Source: a virus. Taken from it: a DNA stretch of 64,000 nucleotides. Position 1 is the stretch's first letter, and each line of letters begins with the position of its first letter. Under the pieces are notes generated by a model, which worked only from the letters and a program-made list of their open reading frames with translations, did not search any database and was not told the DNA's origin. Of the stretch, positions 19,304-27,424 are shown piece by piece. Location: the IMG/VR virus record IMGVR_UViG_3300029210_000007, positions 4,261 to 68,260 of that record; one strand, 5' to 3'. Both the position numbers and the translations under genes were made by a program.

Positions 19304-19603
19304 ATGTCAGTAATAAACAGAACAACAGAACAAAGTTATGCGAAGTGGATAGAAGAATTTGTTTGCAAAGTTTTAGAAAATGCAAATATTAAATTTGATA
19401 CAGTAGAAATAGAAGATATTGAAATAGATAAGAGAATTTTTATTAAAGTAGATGGCGTAGAGTATATTATAAGAACTTGGAATTTTCATCCTGCCGGAAC
19501 TGATTTACAAGGAATTCCGTGTTGTGAATTAGTAGATTACTCTTTATTTAAATCAGGTGAAGAAATTGCTAAAGGAAAAATTGAAATTCAGTGGGAAAAT
19601 TAA
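19304..19603 (+). CDS. hypothetical protein
   Basis: GGGGGGTAG RBS before ATG 19304. Confidence 0.55.
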   Translation: MSVINRTTEQSYAKWIEEFVCKVLENANIKFDTVEIEDIEIDKRIFIKVDGVEYIIRTWNFHPAGTDLQGIPCCELVDYSLFKSGEEIAKGKIEIQWEN

Positions 19604-19635
19604 TCCTGAAAAATTCGAGGTTTGTATAAGAAAGG

Positions 19636-19938
19636 ATGAAAGCTATGAATAAATATATACCTAAATTTTCAAAGAACGAAAATAATTTATTAATATTAAG
19701 TGATGTGTTTAGTGCAGAAGATTGTCTTAGATATGCAAATGAACACAATATGAGAGTTTTAATGGAATGTACTACAAGCACATCTAGTGTAGAAATTATG
19801 ATGGCATTTCAGAAAAATGGATTTAATCACAAGTTATTGGAAAGAGAAGTATATGCACCTGATGGGATTAAACTATCTCAAAACATATTATGCTTATTTG
19901 AGAAAAGTAAAGTGCAGGAGATTATAAAGGAAGTTTAA
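19636..19938 (+). CDS. hypothetical protein
   Basis: AAGAAAGGA RBS. Confidence 0.55.
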   Translation: MKAMNKYIPKFSKNENNLLILSDVFSAEDCLRYANEHNMRVLMECTTSTSSVEIMMAFQKNGFNHKLLEREVYAPDGIKLSQNILCLFEKSKVQEIIKEV

Positions 19939-19969
19939 GCTTAAATGGAAATGAAAGGAGAATATAATT

Positions 19970-20236
19970 ATGGAAATAATAATGGATAAAGTGACAACAT
20001 TAAGTGATAAGCAATACAATAGAATCGTAAAGGGTGGTAGACTTGGAAGCGACATAAGAGAGCTTTTAGATATTCTAAAAACAAAGAAAGTTAATATTGG
20101 CGACACAGTATGTACAGTAGGTCAACCATCAAATACAAAGGATGTTTTTAAATACACATGGAATAATAGAAATATTTTCTATGTTGTGATTAATCCAATG
20201 GGTGATAAGATGGCAATGTGTTATTCAATTTATTAA
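19970..20236 (+). CDS. hypothetical protein
   Basis: AAAGGAGAA RBS. Confidence 0.6.
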   Translation: MEIIMDKVTTLSDKQYNRIVKGGRLGSDIRELLDILKTKKVNIGDTVCTVGQPSNTKDVFKYTWNNRNIFYVVINPMGDKMAMCYSIY

Positions 20237-20244
20237 AGAGGTGA

Positions 20245-20481
20245 TTGATATTGAAAAAGATTGTAGTAAATAAAATTAAATGTAAGAGATGTGGAGATAT
20301 TATAGAAAGTAAAGTTCAACATCAATTTGTATCTTGTAAATGTGGAGCTGTAGCAATTGACGGTGGGCATTACCATTTAAGTAGAACAGGAAATCAAGAA
20401 GATTGGGAAGAATTAAGCAAAGTTGTAGATATTACAGAAAGTAGAAATGATTTATTCGACACTTTAAAGGAGGTAATGTGA
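20245..20481 (+). CDS. zinc-ribbon protein (CKRCG...CKCG)
   Basis: AAAGAGGTGA RBS, TTG start. Confidence 0.5.
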   Translation: MILKKIVVNKIKCKRCGDIIESKVQHQFVSCKCGAVAIDGGHYHLSRTGNQEDWEELSKVVDITESRNDLFDTLKEVM

Positions 20482-20643
20482 ATGAAGTTCACTTCAAAGG
20501 GAGAGAATGTTTTATTTAGAATCAAAATTGAACAGCTTATTGAGGATTTAGAAAATAAAACAGCAAATCGTAATATGAACGACTTTGAAAAGGGCAGATA
20601 CAAAGCTTTATGTGAAGTATTGGATTTGATTGACGAACATTGA
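20482..20643 (+). CDS. small hypothetical protein (53 aa)
   Basis: AAGGAGGT RBS. Confidence 0.4.
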   Translation: MKFTSKGENVLFRIKIEQLIEDLENKTANRNMNDFEKGRYKALCEVLDLIDEH

Positions 20644-20725
20644 AATAATCATTTTCAACGGAAATAAACTAATGAGAGAGGCGGGAATTCCTGCTTCTTT
20701 TTTAATACAAAAACGAGGTGGTAAA

Positions 20726-21004
20726 ATGTGTAGACATAGAAATAGAAAGAATAACTATATGCAATTAAGTAGATTTATCTGTTTAAGTTGCTTACATACG
20801 GATACAGTAGCAATAAATGGAATTCAAAGAGGATCTTCTCAAAGAGAATATGGTCATATTAAAGATTCCGTTTGTGTAAAGTGTGGTGATGTAAAGACAA
20901 TAGAGGTCAGAGAAAATGATTATTTTCCAGATATTATGGAAATGGCAGTAGAGAAACATAATGAATTGTATAATGATAATGTAAAAATAGAAAATTTATA
21001 TTGA
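20726..21004 (+). CDS. C4 zinc-finger protein
   Basis: ACGAGGTGG RBS before ATG 20726; CLSC...CVKCG. Confidence 0.5.
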   Translation: MCRHRNRKNNYMQLSRFICLSCLHTDTVAINGIQRGSSQREYGHIKDSVCVKCGDVKTIEVRENDYFPDIMEMAVEKHNELYNDNVKIENLY

Positions 21005-21066
21005 AAAAGTAGTAGAAATAAAATAAAATATGATTAGAGAATATATTTAAGAAAGGATGTAATATT

Positions 21067-21696
21067 ATGTTAGGATTATTAGGTGTTTTAGGTTTTTTAG
21101 GAGCTTTAGGTATTAGTGGTACAAAGTGTGCGATTGAGAATGAACAGTCAAAGAACGAAACTCTAAGAATAGACGAAAATGGAAATAGAGTTTGCTATGA
21201 TAGAGTAGGACACGAGCTTTATAATGGTGAAAAAACTTATCAGCATACAAGATATGATAGGTATGGAAATAGACATACTTATACTGTAGGTGCAAAGAGT
21301 AATAAGATTTATGCAGATTCATTTGATAGAAGAATTGCAGAAATGCGTAGAATTGATGAAGGAAATAAAGAGATAGCATTGAGATTTGGAGATTTGGCTT
21401 ATAACAAATATGACCCAAGATTTAACCGATTAGTAACAACAGAAATGAGTACAGGTAAAGTAATTGCTTGCTTATATGATCATAAAAAAGATGGGAAAAC
21501 TGAATATAGAAAATTTTATTTTGATAATCCAAATTCAAATGGATATGATTATGATAAAACTGCAATAGGGGATGAAGGAATTATTATAACTGAAGAAGAG
21601 TATAAAAAATTGGATATTGTGGGTGGAACTTATTCTAATTTACCTAGCGATCCACAAGTATTGAATAAATTGTGGAATACGGATATTTTTAAATAA
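21067..21696 (+). CDS. secreted protein with N-terminal signal peptide
   Basis: GAAAGGATG RBS; MLGLLGVLGFLGALGISGTKC; followed by a strong terminator. Confidence 0.65.
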   Translation: MLGLLGVLGFLGALGISGTKCAIENEQSKNETLRIDENGNRVCYDRVGHELYNGEKTYQHTRYDRYGNRHTYTVGAKSNKIYADSFDRRIAEMRRIDEGNKEIALRFGDLAYNKYDPRFNRLVTTEMSTGKVIACLYDHKKDGKTEYRKFYFDNPNSNGYDYDKTAIGDEGIIITEEEYKKLDIVGGTYSNLPSDPQVLNKLWNTDIFK

Positions 21697-21706
21697 ATAA
21701 AAAAGA

Positions 21707-21750
21707 GAATTGTAAAAGAAGTAGAAATTAATCTACTTCTTTTTTATTAC
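21707..21750 (+). terminator. rho-independent terminator
   Basis: AAGAAGTAG-loop-CTACTTCTT followed by TTTTTATT. Confidence 0.75.
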
Positions 21751-21777
21751 GAAAATTTTGAAAGAAGGTTGATAAAT

Positions 21778-22716
21778 ATGGCAGTATATCCGTTTTGGAA
21801 AATGGAAGACATTAGAAATGTAGTTGAATGGTTTGAAAATAATAATGAATGGGATGGATATCTCATTACAATGTTGGAACTCCTGCTCGGTAGAAGAATT
21901 GGTGATACAGTCATGATAAAATGGTCTGATTTGTATTACGAAAACGGAAATCGAAAAAGAGAAATTAACACTATTGAGGAACAAAAAACAGAGAAAGTTA
22001 CTAATATCCCCATAAGTGATACTGTGTTTGAAGTTGTAGATAAGTATTTGGAGAATGTAGATGTTGATATAAAGAAACATTACAACGAATACATCTTCAA
22101 ATATATTCCTAAAAGTAACTGGATAAAAAGAAAGAACTTAGATATTTACAGTAAAAATGATATAGAGTTTTGGTGTAAAGCACTAAATAAAACTATATCA
22201 GAAGATAGAAAAGAGAAAATAATCAAAGAGTTTAGTAAACAACAAAGATATTCATCTCTTGGAGATTATCTTTATTATGTGGTGGAATATAACGATGTCG
22301 TAAAGCAACAAACGAATGTTTATAGAAAACTGTTAAACAAAGCAGTTGAAGCAGCGAATATAAAATATGCTGTCAGTACGCACTCTCTTCGTAAGAGTTT
22401 TGGCTATTGGATTCATAAGACACATCCATTTGATCCCGATTGTTTATTATCATTGCAGAAATTGTTTAATCATACAAATTTAAACGATACTATGGATTAT
22501 ATTGGTTTAACAGACGAGAAAAATAGACAGTTGATTAATGACCATGGGGAGTTTATCCATAATGTATTGGCTGGCAAAGGTGATGAGATAGTCAAAAATA
22601 TGCCTGTTATCTCCCTAAAATCTGATGATTTAGGAAAAATTATTAGGTATCTTACTGATGATGTAGACAAGTATCAAACAGCTATAAATATGGCGAATAA
22701 ACTCAGGATAGTATAA
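21778..22716 (+). CDS. tyrosine-type site-specific recombinase/integrase
   Basis: conserved R (LLLGRRIGDT), H-x-x-R (HSLRKSF) and C-terminal FNHTNLNDTMDYIG with catalytic Tyr. Confidence 0.8.
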   Translation: MAVYPFWKMEDIRNVVEWFENNNEWDGYLITMLELLLGRRIGDTVMIKWSDLYYENGNRKREINTIEEQKTEKVTNIPISDTVFEVVDKYLENVDVDIKKHYNEYIFKYIPKSNWIKRKNLDIYSKNDIEFWCKALNKTISEDRKEKIIKEFSKQQRYSSLGDYLYYVVEYNDVVKQQTNVYRKLLNKAVEAANIKYAVSTHSLRKSFGYWIHKTHPFDPDCLLSLQKLFNHTNLNDTMDYIGLTDEKNRQLINDHGEFIHNVLAGKGDEIVKNMPVISLKSDDLGKIIRYLTDDVDKYQTAINMANKLRIV

Positions 22717-22744
22717 AAATTATAAGGTATGAAAGGAAAATGTT

Positions 22745-23848
22745 ATGGGCATACTAAAGAAAGAACTAAAAAATAATTTCACAATTGTTAACAATGCAAT
22801 ATTAAGAGATATGAATTTAGATATTAAATCAAGAGGTCTGCTTATAACAATGTTAAGTTTGCCATCTGAGTGGGAATTTTCTATTAATGGATTAAATCAA
22901 ATTTTACCAGATGGTAGAACAACTATTACAAGTGGATTAAAAAAATTGGAAGAATTAGGTTATTTAATTAGAACTACAATTAGAGATGATAAAGGCAAAA
23001 TCTTAGATGTGGATTATACACTTTATGATGAACCTCAAAAGTTTACTAAATGTAATGATAATAAGGTTAATTCCGAAAATACTACTGAAGGTAATGTTAA
23101 TAATAGTGTTAAAAATAATAATACTAATATTAAACAAATCGAAGGAAGAGATGGTAATTTTAATACAAATAATACGCATTATGATAATACTAAAAATTTA
23201 AGTGTTGCTGACAATATCTCGATTGAAGATTACATAAGCGAAAAAGAAAGTCGTCCTTTGAAAGGGGCAGATTTACTGGTATCTCATCCATATCCTGATT
23301 TCCCAGATATGGATAACCCAGATATGGGATTTCCTGATATGGAAAACCGAACACAATTAAATACTAAACAATTAAATACTAAACAATTAAGTATTAAACA
23401 ATCAATCTATCAACCTAACTATAATAATATTAATAACACAAGAGATGGATTGATAGATAGAGAAAGACAACCAAAGTATACGATGCAAGATTATATTCGT
23501 TTGAACCAAATTATAAAACAAAACATAGGTTATAGCGATTTAATAATCTCTTACTCTAATGACAGAGAAATAATTGATGAGATAGTTGAACTTATGACAG
23601 AAGTTGTAACTGTTGATAACATAAGCTATATGATTTCTGGAGTGGAATATCCAAGTACAATTGTCCAACAAAGATTCTGGAAATTAAAATATGACCATAT
23701 AGAGTATGTGATAGTGGCATTAAAAGAAAATCCAACTAGGATTCAAAATATTAAAGCCTATTTAATTGCTATGTTGTTTAACTCTTATACTACGAGCCAT
23801 AACTACTGGCAAGCTGAAGTAAACGCAGATATGTATGGGCGAAAGTAA
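22745..23848 (+). CDS. replication initiator (RepA_N winged-helix N-terminus, DnaD-like C-terminus)
   Basis: N-terminus IVNNAILRD...GLLITMLSLP...GRTTITSGLKKLEELGYL; C-terminus NP..AYLIAMLFN; iterons inside the gene. Confidence 0.7.
   Translation: MGILKKELKNNFTIVNNAILRDMNLDIKSRGLLITMLSLPSEWEFSINGLNQILPDGRTTITSGLKKLEELGYLIRTTIRDDKGKILDVDYTLYDEPQKFTKCNDNKVNSENTTEGNVNNSVKNNNTNIKQIEGRDGNFNTNNTHYDNTKNLSVADNISIEDYISEKESRPLKGADLLVSHPYPDFPDMDNPDMGFPDMENRTQLNTKQLNTKQLSIKQSIYQPNYNNINNTRDGLIDRERQPKYTMQDYIRLNQIIKQNIGYSDLIISYSNDREIIDEIVELMTEVVTVDNISYMISGVEYPSTIVQQRFWKLKYDHIEYVIVALKENPTRIQNIKAYLIAMLFNSYTTSHNYWQAEVNADMYGRK
23300..23412 (+). repeat. iteron-like direct repeats, about 7 units at 15-bp period (CCAGATATGG x3, then ACAATTAAATACTAA x3-4)
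   Basis: read directly in the sequence inside the rep gene. Confidence 0.7.
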
Positions 23849-23872
23849 TGGAGACAAAGAAAGGATGACTAT

Positions 23873-24136
23873 ATGATTAAAGTTACAGTTGAATATTTGA
23901 TTGAGGAAAAAGAACTTGAAAAAGAATTAGAGATTATGAGACAAGTATATACAGACATATGCAAAGTTAAAAATCCAACAAATGAAGAAATCATTCGAAT
24001 AGCTTTGTTGCTTGGAGCTAAGTATGATATTAAAAGAAAAATTAATAGAGAAGCACATATAGATATAAACAATTTGGTAAACTACGGCATTATTGACGAA
24101 GAGAAAGCGAATGAGCTAAGAGAATCAATAAAATAA
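23873..24136 (+). CDS. hypothetical protein
   Basis: AAAGGATGA RBS. Confidence 0.55.
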   Translation: MIKVTVEYLIEEKELEKELEIMRQVYTDICKVKNPTNEEIIRIALLLGAKYDIKRKINREAHIDINNLVNYGIIDEEKANELRESIK

Positions 24137-24139
24137 AAA

Positions 24140-24172
24140 TAGCCTTTGTAAACTACATAAGGCTATTATATG
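24140..24172. terminator. hairpin ATAGCCTT-N12-AAGGCTAT
   Basis: 8-bp inverted repeat after stop codon. Confidence 0.4.
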
Positions 24173-24186
24173 CAAGATGTTGATTT

Positions 24187-24285
24187 TTAATCGATTAAAC
24201 TGAATAACCATGTGAGAAACTCTTTCTCATCTTCGGTATTGAGTTGTAAATATAATTTAATAATATCTTTTTGCACTTGTGTCAT
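24187..24285 (-). CDS. small hypothetical protein (32 aa)
   Basis: minus-strand ATG preceded by AGGAGTGA RBS. Confidence 0.3.
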   Translation of the reverse strand: MTQVQKDIIKLYLQLNTEDEKEFLTWLFSLID

Positions 24286-24613
24286 TTTATCACTCCTAAT
24301 TTATTATTTTGGTTGTATTATAACACAAGTCCTATAGTGTGTATAGGATAAAAAATGGAAAATGTTACTTCTTGTCGAATTATGTCATTTTATGTTAATA
24401 TTTCTCTGTACCTCTTTTCTGGTGCTAAACAGTCCATTGTCTTAGGGAATATGATGGAAAGGGAGGCAAGCGGTATGCAGGTACATTATGTTAAAAGCTT
24501 GATTGGAAGGCATATTAAGGGAGTTTATAAATGCAAAGAACAATTGTTATTGATAAACTTGCAAGCTGATAGATCAAGCAATATTTATTACTTATACTTC
24601 GGTTAAGTAAGAG

Positions 24614-24655
24614 AAAAAGGCAAGAGAGAGCTTAAAGTTCTTTTCTTGCCTTTTT
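24614..24655. terminator. bidirectional rho-independent terminator downstream of repressor gene
   Basis: AAAAAGGCAAGA-loop-TCTTGCCTTTTTT. Confidence 0.7.
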
Positions 24656-24657
24656 TG

Positions 24658-25434
24658 TTAAATAGATTTTTTAAGTTTTTGTGGCTTGTCTTGATTTACA
24701 ATATCTAAGACTTCAGCCTCTAAATCAGAGTGGTGTTCTGCGATACCAACTACTTTGCCTTGAATTATGGCTTTTTGGCTTATTTTAGGGTATTTTGTGT
24801 TTAACGGGATTAATTCATTACCCATAAATCTTTTCAGCGTTATTTCGCCGTCTACGATAAAAATCCCGTCATCTCCGTTATTCAATGTGTCAGTAGATTT
24901 AATAAACACTAAATCACCATCATTATAAACAGGAGTCATGGAATCACCTTGAACTCTAACAGCGAAATCAGCATCAGATGGGACATTAGGGAAATCCTTA
25001 AATGTTTTTGTTGCATCAGTAATGAAGTTACCATTACCAGCACATACTGGCTGGTCATATACAGCTAATCTGATTACTGGTTGTTGAGTAGTTGACGGTT
25101 GATTATTATTTAATTCCAATAAACCATCAATAAGATTATCAACAATATTTTTACTTGCTTCTGACAGCAACATATAATTACTTGTAATTTTTTTTATTAA
25201 ATTGTTATTCGATATAAAAGGAGTCAAATCTACATTGTTTTCATTGACCAACCAATCTTTATTTACGTCAAAAACATAACAGAAACTATTGATAAATTGA
25301 ACAGAAGGAGTCTTTTCTCCTTTTACGATGTTGCTAATATGTTGGCGAGTACATCCTAATTTTTCGCCTGCTGTTTCAAAGTTATCAATTTTATTCAAGT
25401 ATAAAATTTGACCCATTTTTTCGCCTATTGTCAT
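24658..25434 (-). CDS. LexA/CI-type phage repressor (N-terminal HTH, C-terminal S24 self-cleaving peptidase)
   Basis: HTH GEKLGCTRQHISNIVKGEKTPS; Ala-Gly cleavage site (VCAGNG); catalytic GDSM and downstream Lys (ITLKRF). Confidence 0.85.
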   Translation of the reverse strand: MTIGEKMGQILYLNKIDNFETAGEKLGCTRQHISNIVKGEKTPSVQFINSFCYVFDVNKDWLVNENNVDLTPFISNNNLIKKITSNYMLLSEASKNIVDNLIDGLLELNNNQPSTTQQPVIRLAVYDQPVCAGNGNFITDATKTFKDFPNVPSDADFAVRVQGDSMTPVYNDGDLVFIKSTDTLNNGDDGIFIVDGEITLKRFMGNELIPLNTKYPKISQKAIIQGKVVGIAEHHSDLEAEVLDIVNQDKPQKLKKSI

Positions 25435-25454
25435 AATATATCACCTCTGCATAA

Positions 25455-25483
25455 ATAATATCAAATTTTAAAAAATGTGTCAA
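25455..25483 (-). promoter_or_regulatory. sigma-70 consensus promoter for repressor gene (TTGACA-17-TATTAT on minus strand)
   Basis: read on minus strand upstream of 25434 start. Confidence 0.55.
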
Positions 25484-25531
25484 TAAATTATGTTTTAAAA
25501 ATAACTTAAAAAGGTTAGATTTGTTAAAAAA

Positions 25532-25621
25532 TGTTATTAAAATAACAAAAAACACTTGACAGATAATAAAATGTAAATTATAATGTTATCAAGATAACAA
25601 AAATGTGTTACCGAAATAACA
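25532..25621 (+). promoter_or_regulatory. rightward promoter TTGACA(25556)-17-TATAAT(25579) flanked by three TGTTA..TAACA / GTTATC..GATAAC operator palindromes
   Basis: perfect -35/-10; palindromes at 25532-47, 25585-98, 25606-21. Confidence 0.65.
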
Positions 25622-25641
25622 TAGAAGAAGGTGATGCTATG

Positions 25642-25752
25642 ACGGAAGAAGAAATTACTCATAAGTTATACAGATTATCTTATTCTCAAAGAGAAGTTGT
25701 TGGCAATGTTATTGATATATTGTTAGAGAGTAAGAAAGATACAAAATAGTAC
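25642..25752 (+). CDS. small protein (36 aa), first gene of rightward transcript (Cro-like position, or antitoxin?)
   Basis: GAAGGTGA RBS. Confidence 0.35.
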
Positions 25753-25784
25753 ATAAAAACTAAAGAAAGGAGGACGAATAATAA

Positions 25785-26180
25785 ATGGTTGAGAATAAAA
25801 AGGAGCAACATAAAAGAGAAATAAAAATTAAGGCATATGATATTGTTACTGTTGATTTTGGCGATGTACCAATTGGAAGTGAACAAGGAGGCGTTCGACC
25901 TGCTGTGGTTATTCAAAACAATATTGGAAATTATTATAGTCCAACAACAATCGTAATGCCATTAACTTCTCAAAAGAGAAGTTTAAAGCAACCAACACAC
26001 GTCCTCCTTAAAAGCGAATTTATATCTGCTTTAACAGAAGATAGTATTGTTTTAGGTGAAGCTGTTCGCCAAGTAGACAAGAGTAGAATTTTAGATTATA
26101 GAGGAAAAATAACCGACAAACAATATAAGCAACAAATTTATAATGCTTATGTATGTAACATAGAAAGGGTGAGTGAATAA
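25785..26180 (+). CDS. mazF: MazF/PemK/EndoA-family endoribonuclease toxin
   Basis: GSEQGGVRPAVVIQNNIGNYYSPTTIV...PTHV block is nearly identical in pattern to B. subtilis EndoA (NdoA). Confidence 0.85.
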   Translation: MVENKKEQHKREIKIKAYDIVTVDFGDVPIGSEQGGVRPAVVIQNNIGNYYSPTTIVMPLTSQKRSLKQPTHVLLKSEFISALTEDSIVLGEAVRQVDKSRILDYRGKITDKQYKQQIYNAYVCNIERVSE

Positions 26181-26498
26181 ATGTGTTTCAAAGCTGCAAT
26201 AATCGAAATAACAGAAGAAGAAGCCACAAAGTTAATAAAGGAATCTAAGGGAAATAAAGTTCCAGTTTCTATTTGTAACTTAGAAGAAAATTGTGTAGAG
26301 AGTTTCTTACCTATACTCAAAGAGACTTGTATAGATATGATTAAACAGGCAGAGACAATAGCAAAACGATATGATGAATTAGTTCAAACAATCGATGCTT
26401 ACTCTTCAAAGCAAAATATTAAAAAGATAGAAAGAAAAGGGAAAGTTAGCACTTTTCTGCTTGTACCACGGAATAACGAAGAAGAGAAAATAGAATAG
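26181..26498 (+). CDS. hypothetical protein translationally coupled to mazF-like gene
   Basis: ATG immediately follows toxin stop (TAAATG). Confidence 0.55.
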   Translation: MCFKAAIIEITEEEATKLIKESKGNKVPVSICNLEENCVESFLPILKETCIDMIKQAETIAKRYDELVQTIDAYSSKQNIKKIERKGKVSTFLLVPRNNEEEKIE

Positions 26499-26607
26499 TT
26501 CACTGTATAAGGAATGCCTGTATTTGGGTATTCCTTATATAATACACAAATTTTGGAGAATGTATAAAAAGGAATATCATTTTGTTAGGTAAAAAGGAGA
26601 ATATACT

Positions 26608-26793
26608 ATGAACAATAAAGGAAAGAGTATCAAAATTAATCCTTTGAAAGAAATTTCGCCATGTTATAAATGTCTTATCAGATATGTTGGTTGTCATGAT
26701 GAATGTGCTGGTTATTTGGATTGGAAACAGAGATGTATCTCTGCTGCACATTTCCAGAACGTGAACGACAAACAAGATTGGACAAGGATGTGA
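26608..26793 (+). CDS. small Cys-rich protein
   Basis: AAAAGGAGAA RBS; CYKC...C..C. Confidence 0.5.
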   Translation: MNNKGKSIKINPLKEISPCYKCLIRYVGCHDECAGYLDWKQRCISAAHFQNVNDKQDWTRM

Positions 26794-26797
26794 TTAA

Positions 26798-26932
26798 ATG
26801 GAGAAACAACAATTAACAATCCGCCTACCTGTCAAATTAAAGAATCAGATCCAACAGGAGGCAGATAAAAGTGGAATTAGCTTTAACGCAATGTTAATAT
26901 GGGCTACTCAGAAAGGTCTTGGAAAAATTTAA
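26798..26932 (+). CDS. ribbon-helix-helix (CopG/Arc-like) DNA-binding protein, 44 aa
   Basis: LTIRLPVKLKNQIQQEADKSGISFNAMLIWA matches the RHH beta-strand plus two-helix pattern. Confidence 0.5.
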   Translation: MEKQQLTIRLPVKLKNQIQQEADKSGISFNAMLIWATQKGLGKI

Positions 26933-27089
26933 TTTCGCCATGTTCTTTTTCATACTGCTCAATGCAATTCTCGATTAAATATTCTATTTGCATTGCAATT
27001 GAACGTTTGTTGCATTCGGCAATGATTTTTATTTTTTCAAAGTTCTCTGCTTGCATTCTCATTGTAAAAGCTCGTTTATTTGTTGCCAT
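26904..27089 (-). CDS. ribbon-helix-helix (Arc/CopG-like) DNA-binding protein, 61 aa
   Basis: minus-strand ATG after AAAGAGGTGA RBS; FTMRMQAENFEKIKIIAE...SIAMQIEYLI. Confidence 0.55.
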   Translation of the reverse strand: MATNKRAFTMRMQAENFEKIKIIAECNKRSIAMQIEYLIENCIEQYEKEHGEIKFFQDLSE

Positions 27090-27096
27090 AATATCA

Positions 27097-27215
27097 CCTC
27101 TTTGATGTAATAATGATTTCTTAGTGATTTCATTATTACATACATTTCTCAAAAAATCAATATTGCATATTGACATCACTTTGAAATAATGATATATTTT
27201 ATGCAAAGTGATGTC
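27097..27215. promoter_or_regulatory. divergent regulatory region: 10-bp IR GTAATAATGA/TCATTATTAC and 13-bp IR TGACATCACTTTG/CAAAGTGATGTCA bracketing a TTGACA-17-TATATT promoter
   Basis: read directly in the sequence. Confidence 0.55.
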
Positions 27216-27243
27216 ACTTAGAAAATACACGGTGGTGAGTTAT

Positions 27244-27399
27244 ATGTCTAATATTATGACAATAAGAACAAATGATAAATTAAAGTGTTTATTAAAAGAC
27301 AAAGCTAAAGAATTGGGGATTACACGAAATGCTTTAGTCACCCAAATTCTTTGGGAATGGATAAAGAACAACAATGTTGAGCGAACAAAAAGCGAATAG
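27244..27399 (+). CDS. ribbon-helix-helix (CopG-like) DNA-binding protein
   Basis: GGTGGTGAG RBS; MTIRTNDKLKCLLKDKAKELGITRNALVTQIL. Confidence 0.5.
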   Translation: MSNIMTIRTNDKLKCLLKDKAKELGITRNALVTQILWEWIKNNNVERTKSE

Positions 27400-27424
27400 T
27401 GATAAGTAAAGGAGGCCTAGTTTA

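Noticed and set aside
23300-23412. 15-bp direct repeats considered as a CRISPR array
   Set aside because: Units are only 15 bp and contiguous without spacers, lie inside a protein-coding gene, and no cas genes are present. They fit iterons much better.
24355-24606. 83-aa + strand ORF between the rep module and the repressor
   Set aside because: No RBS and odd composition. It sits in a terminator-rich non-coding gap and is probably not a gene; the region may instead hold att or regulatory DNA.
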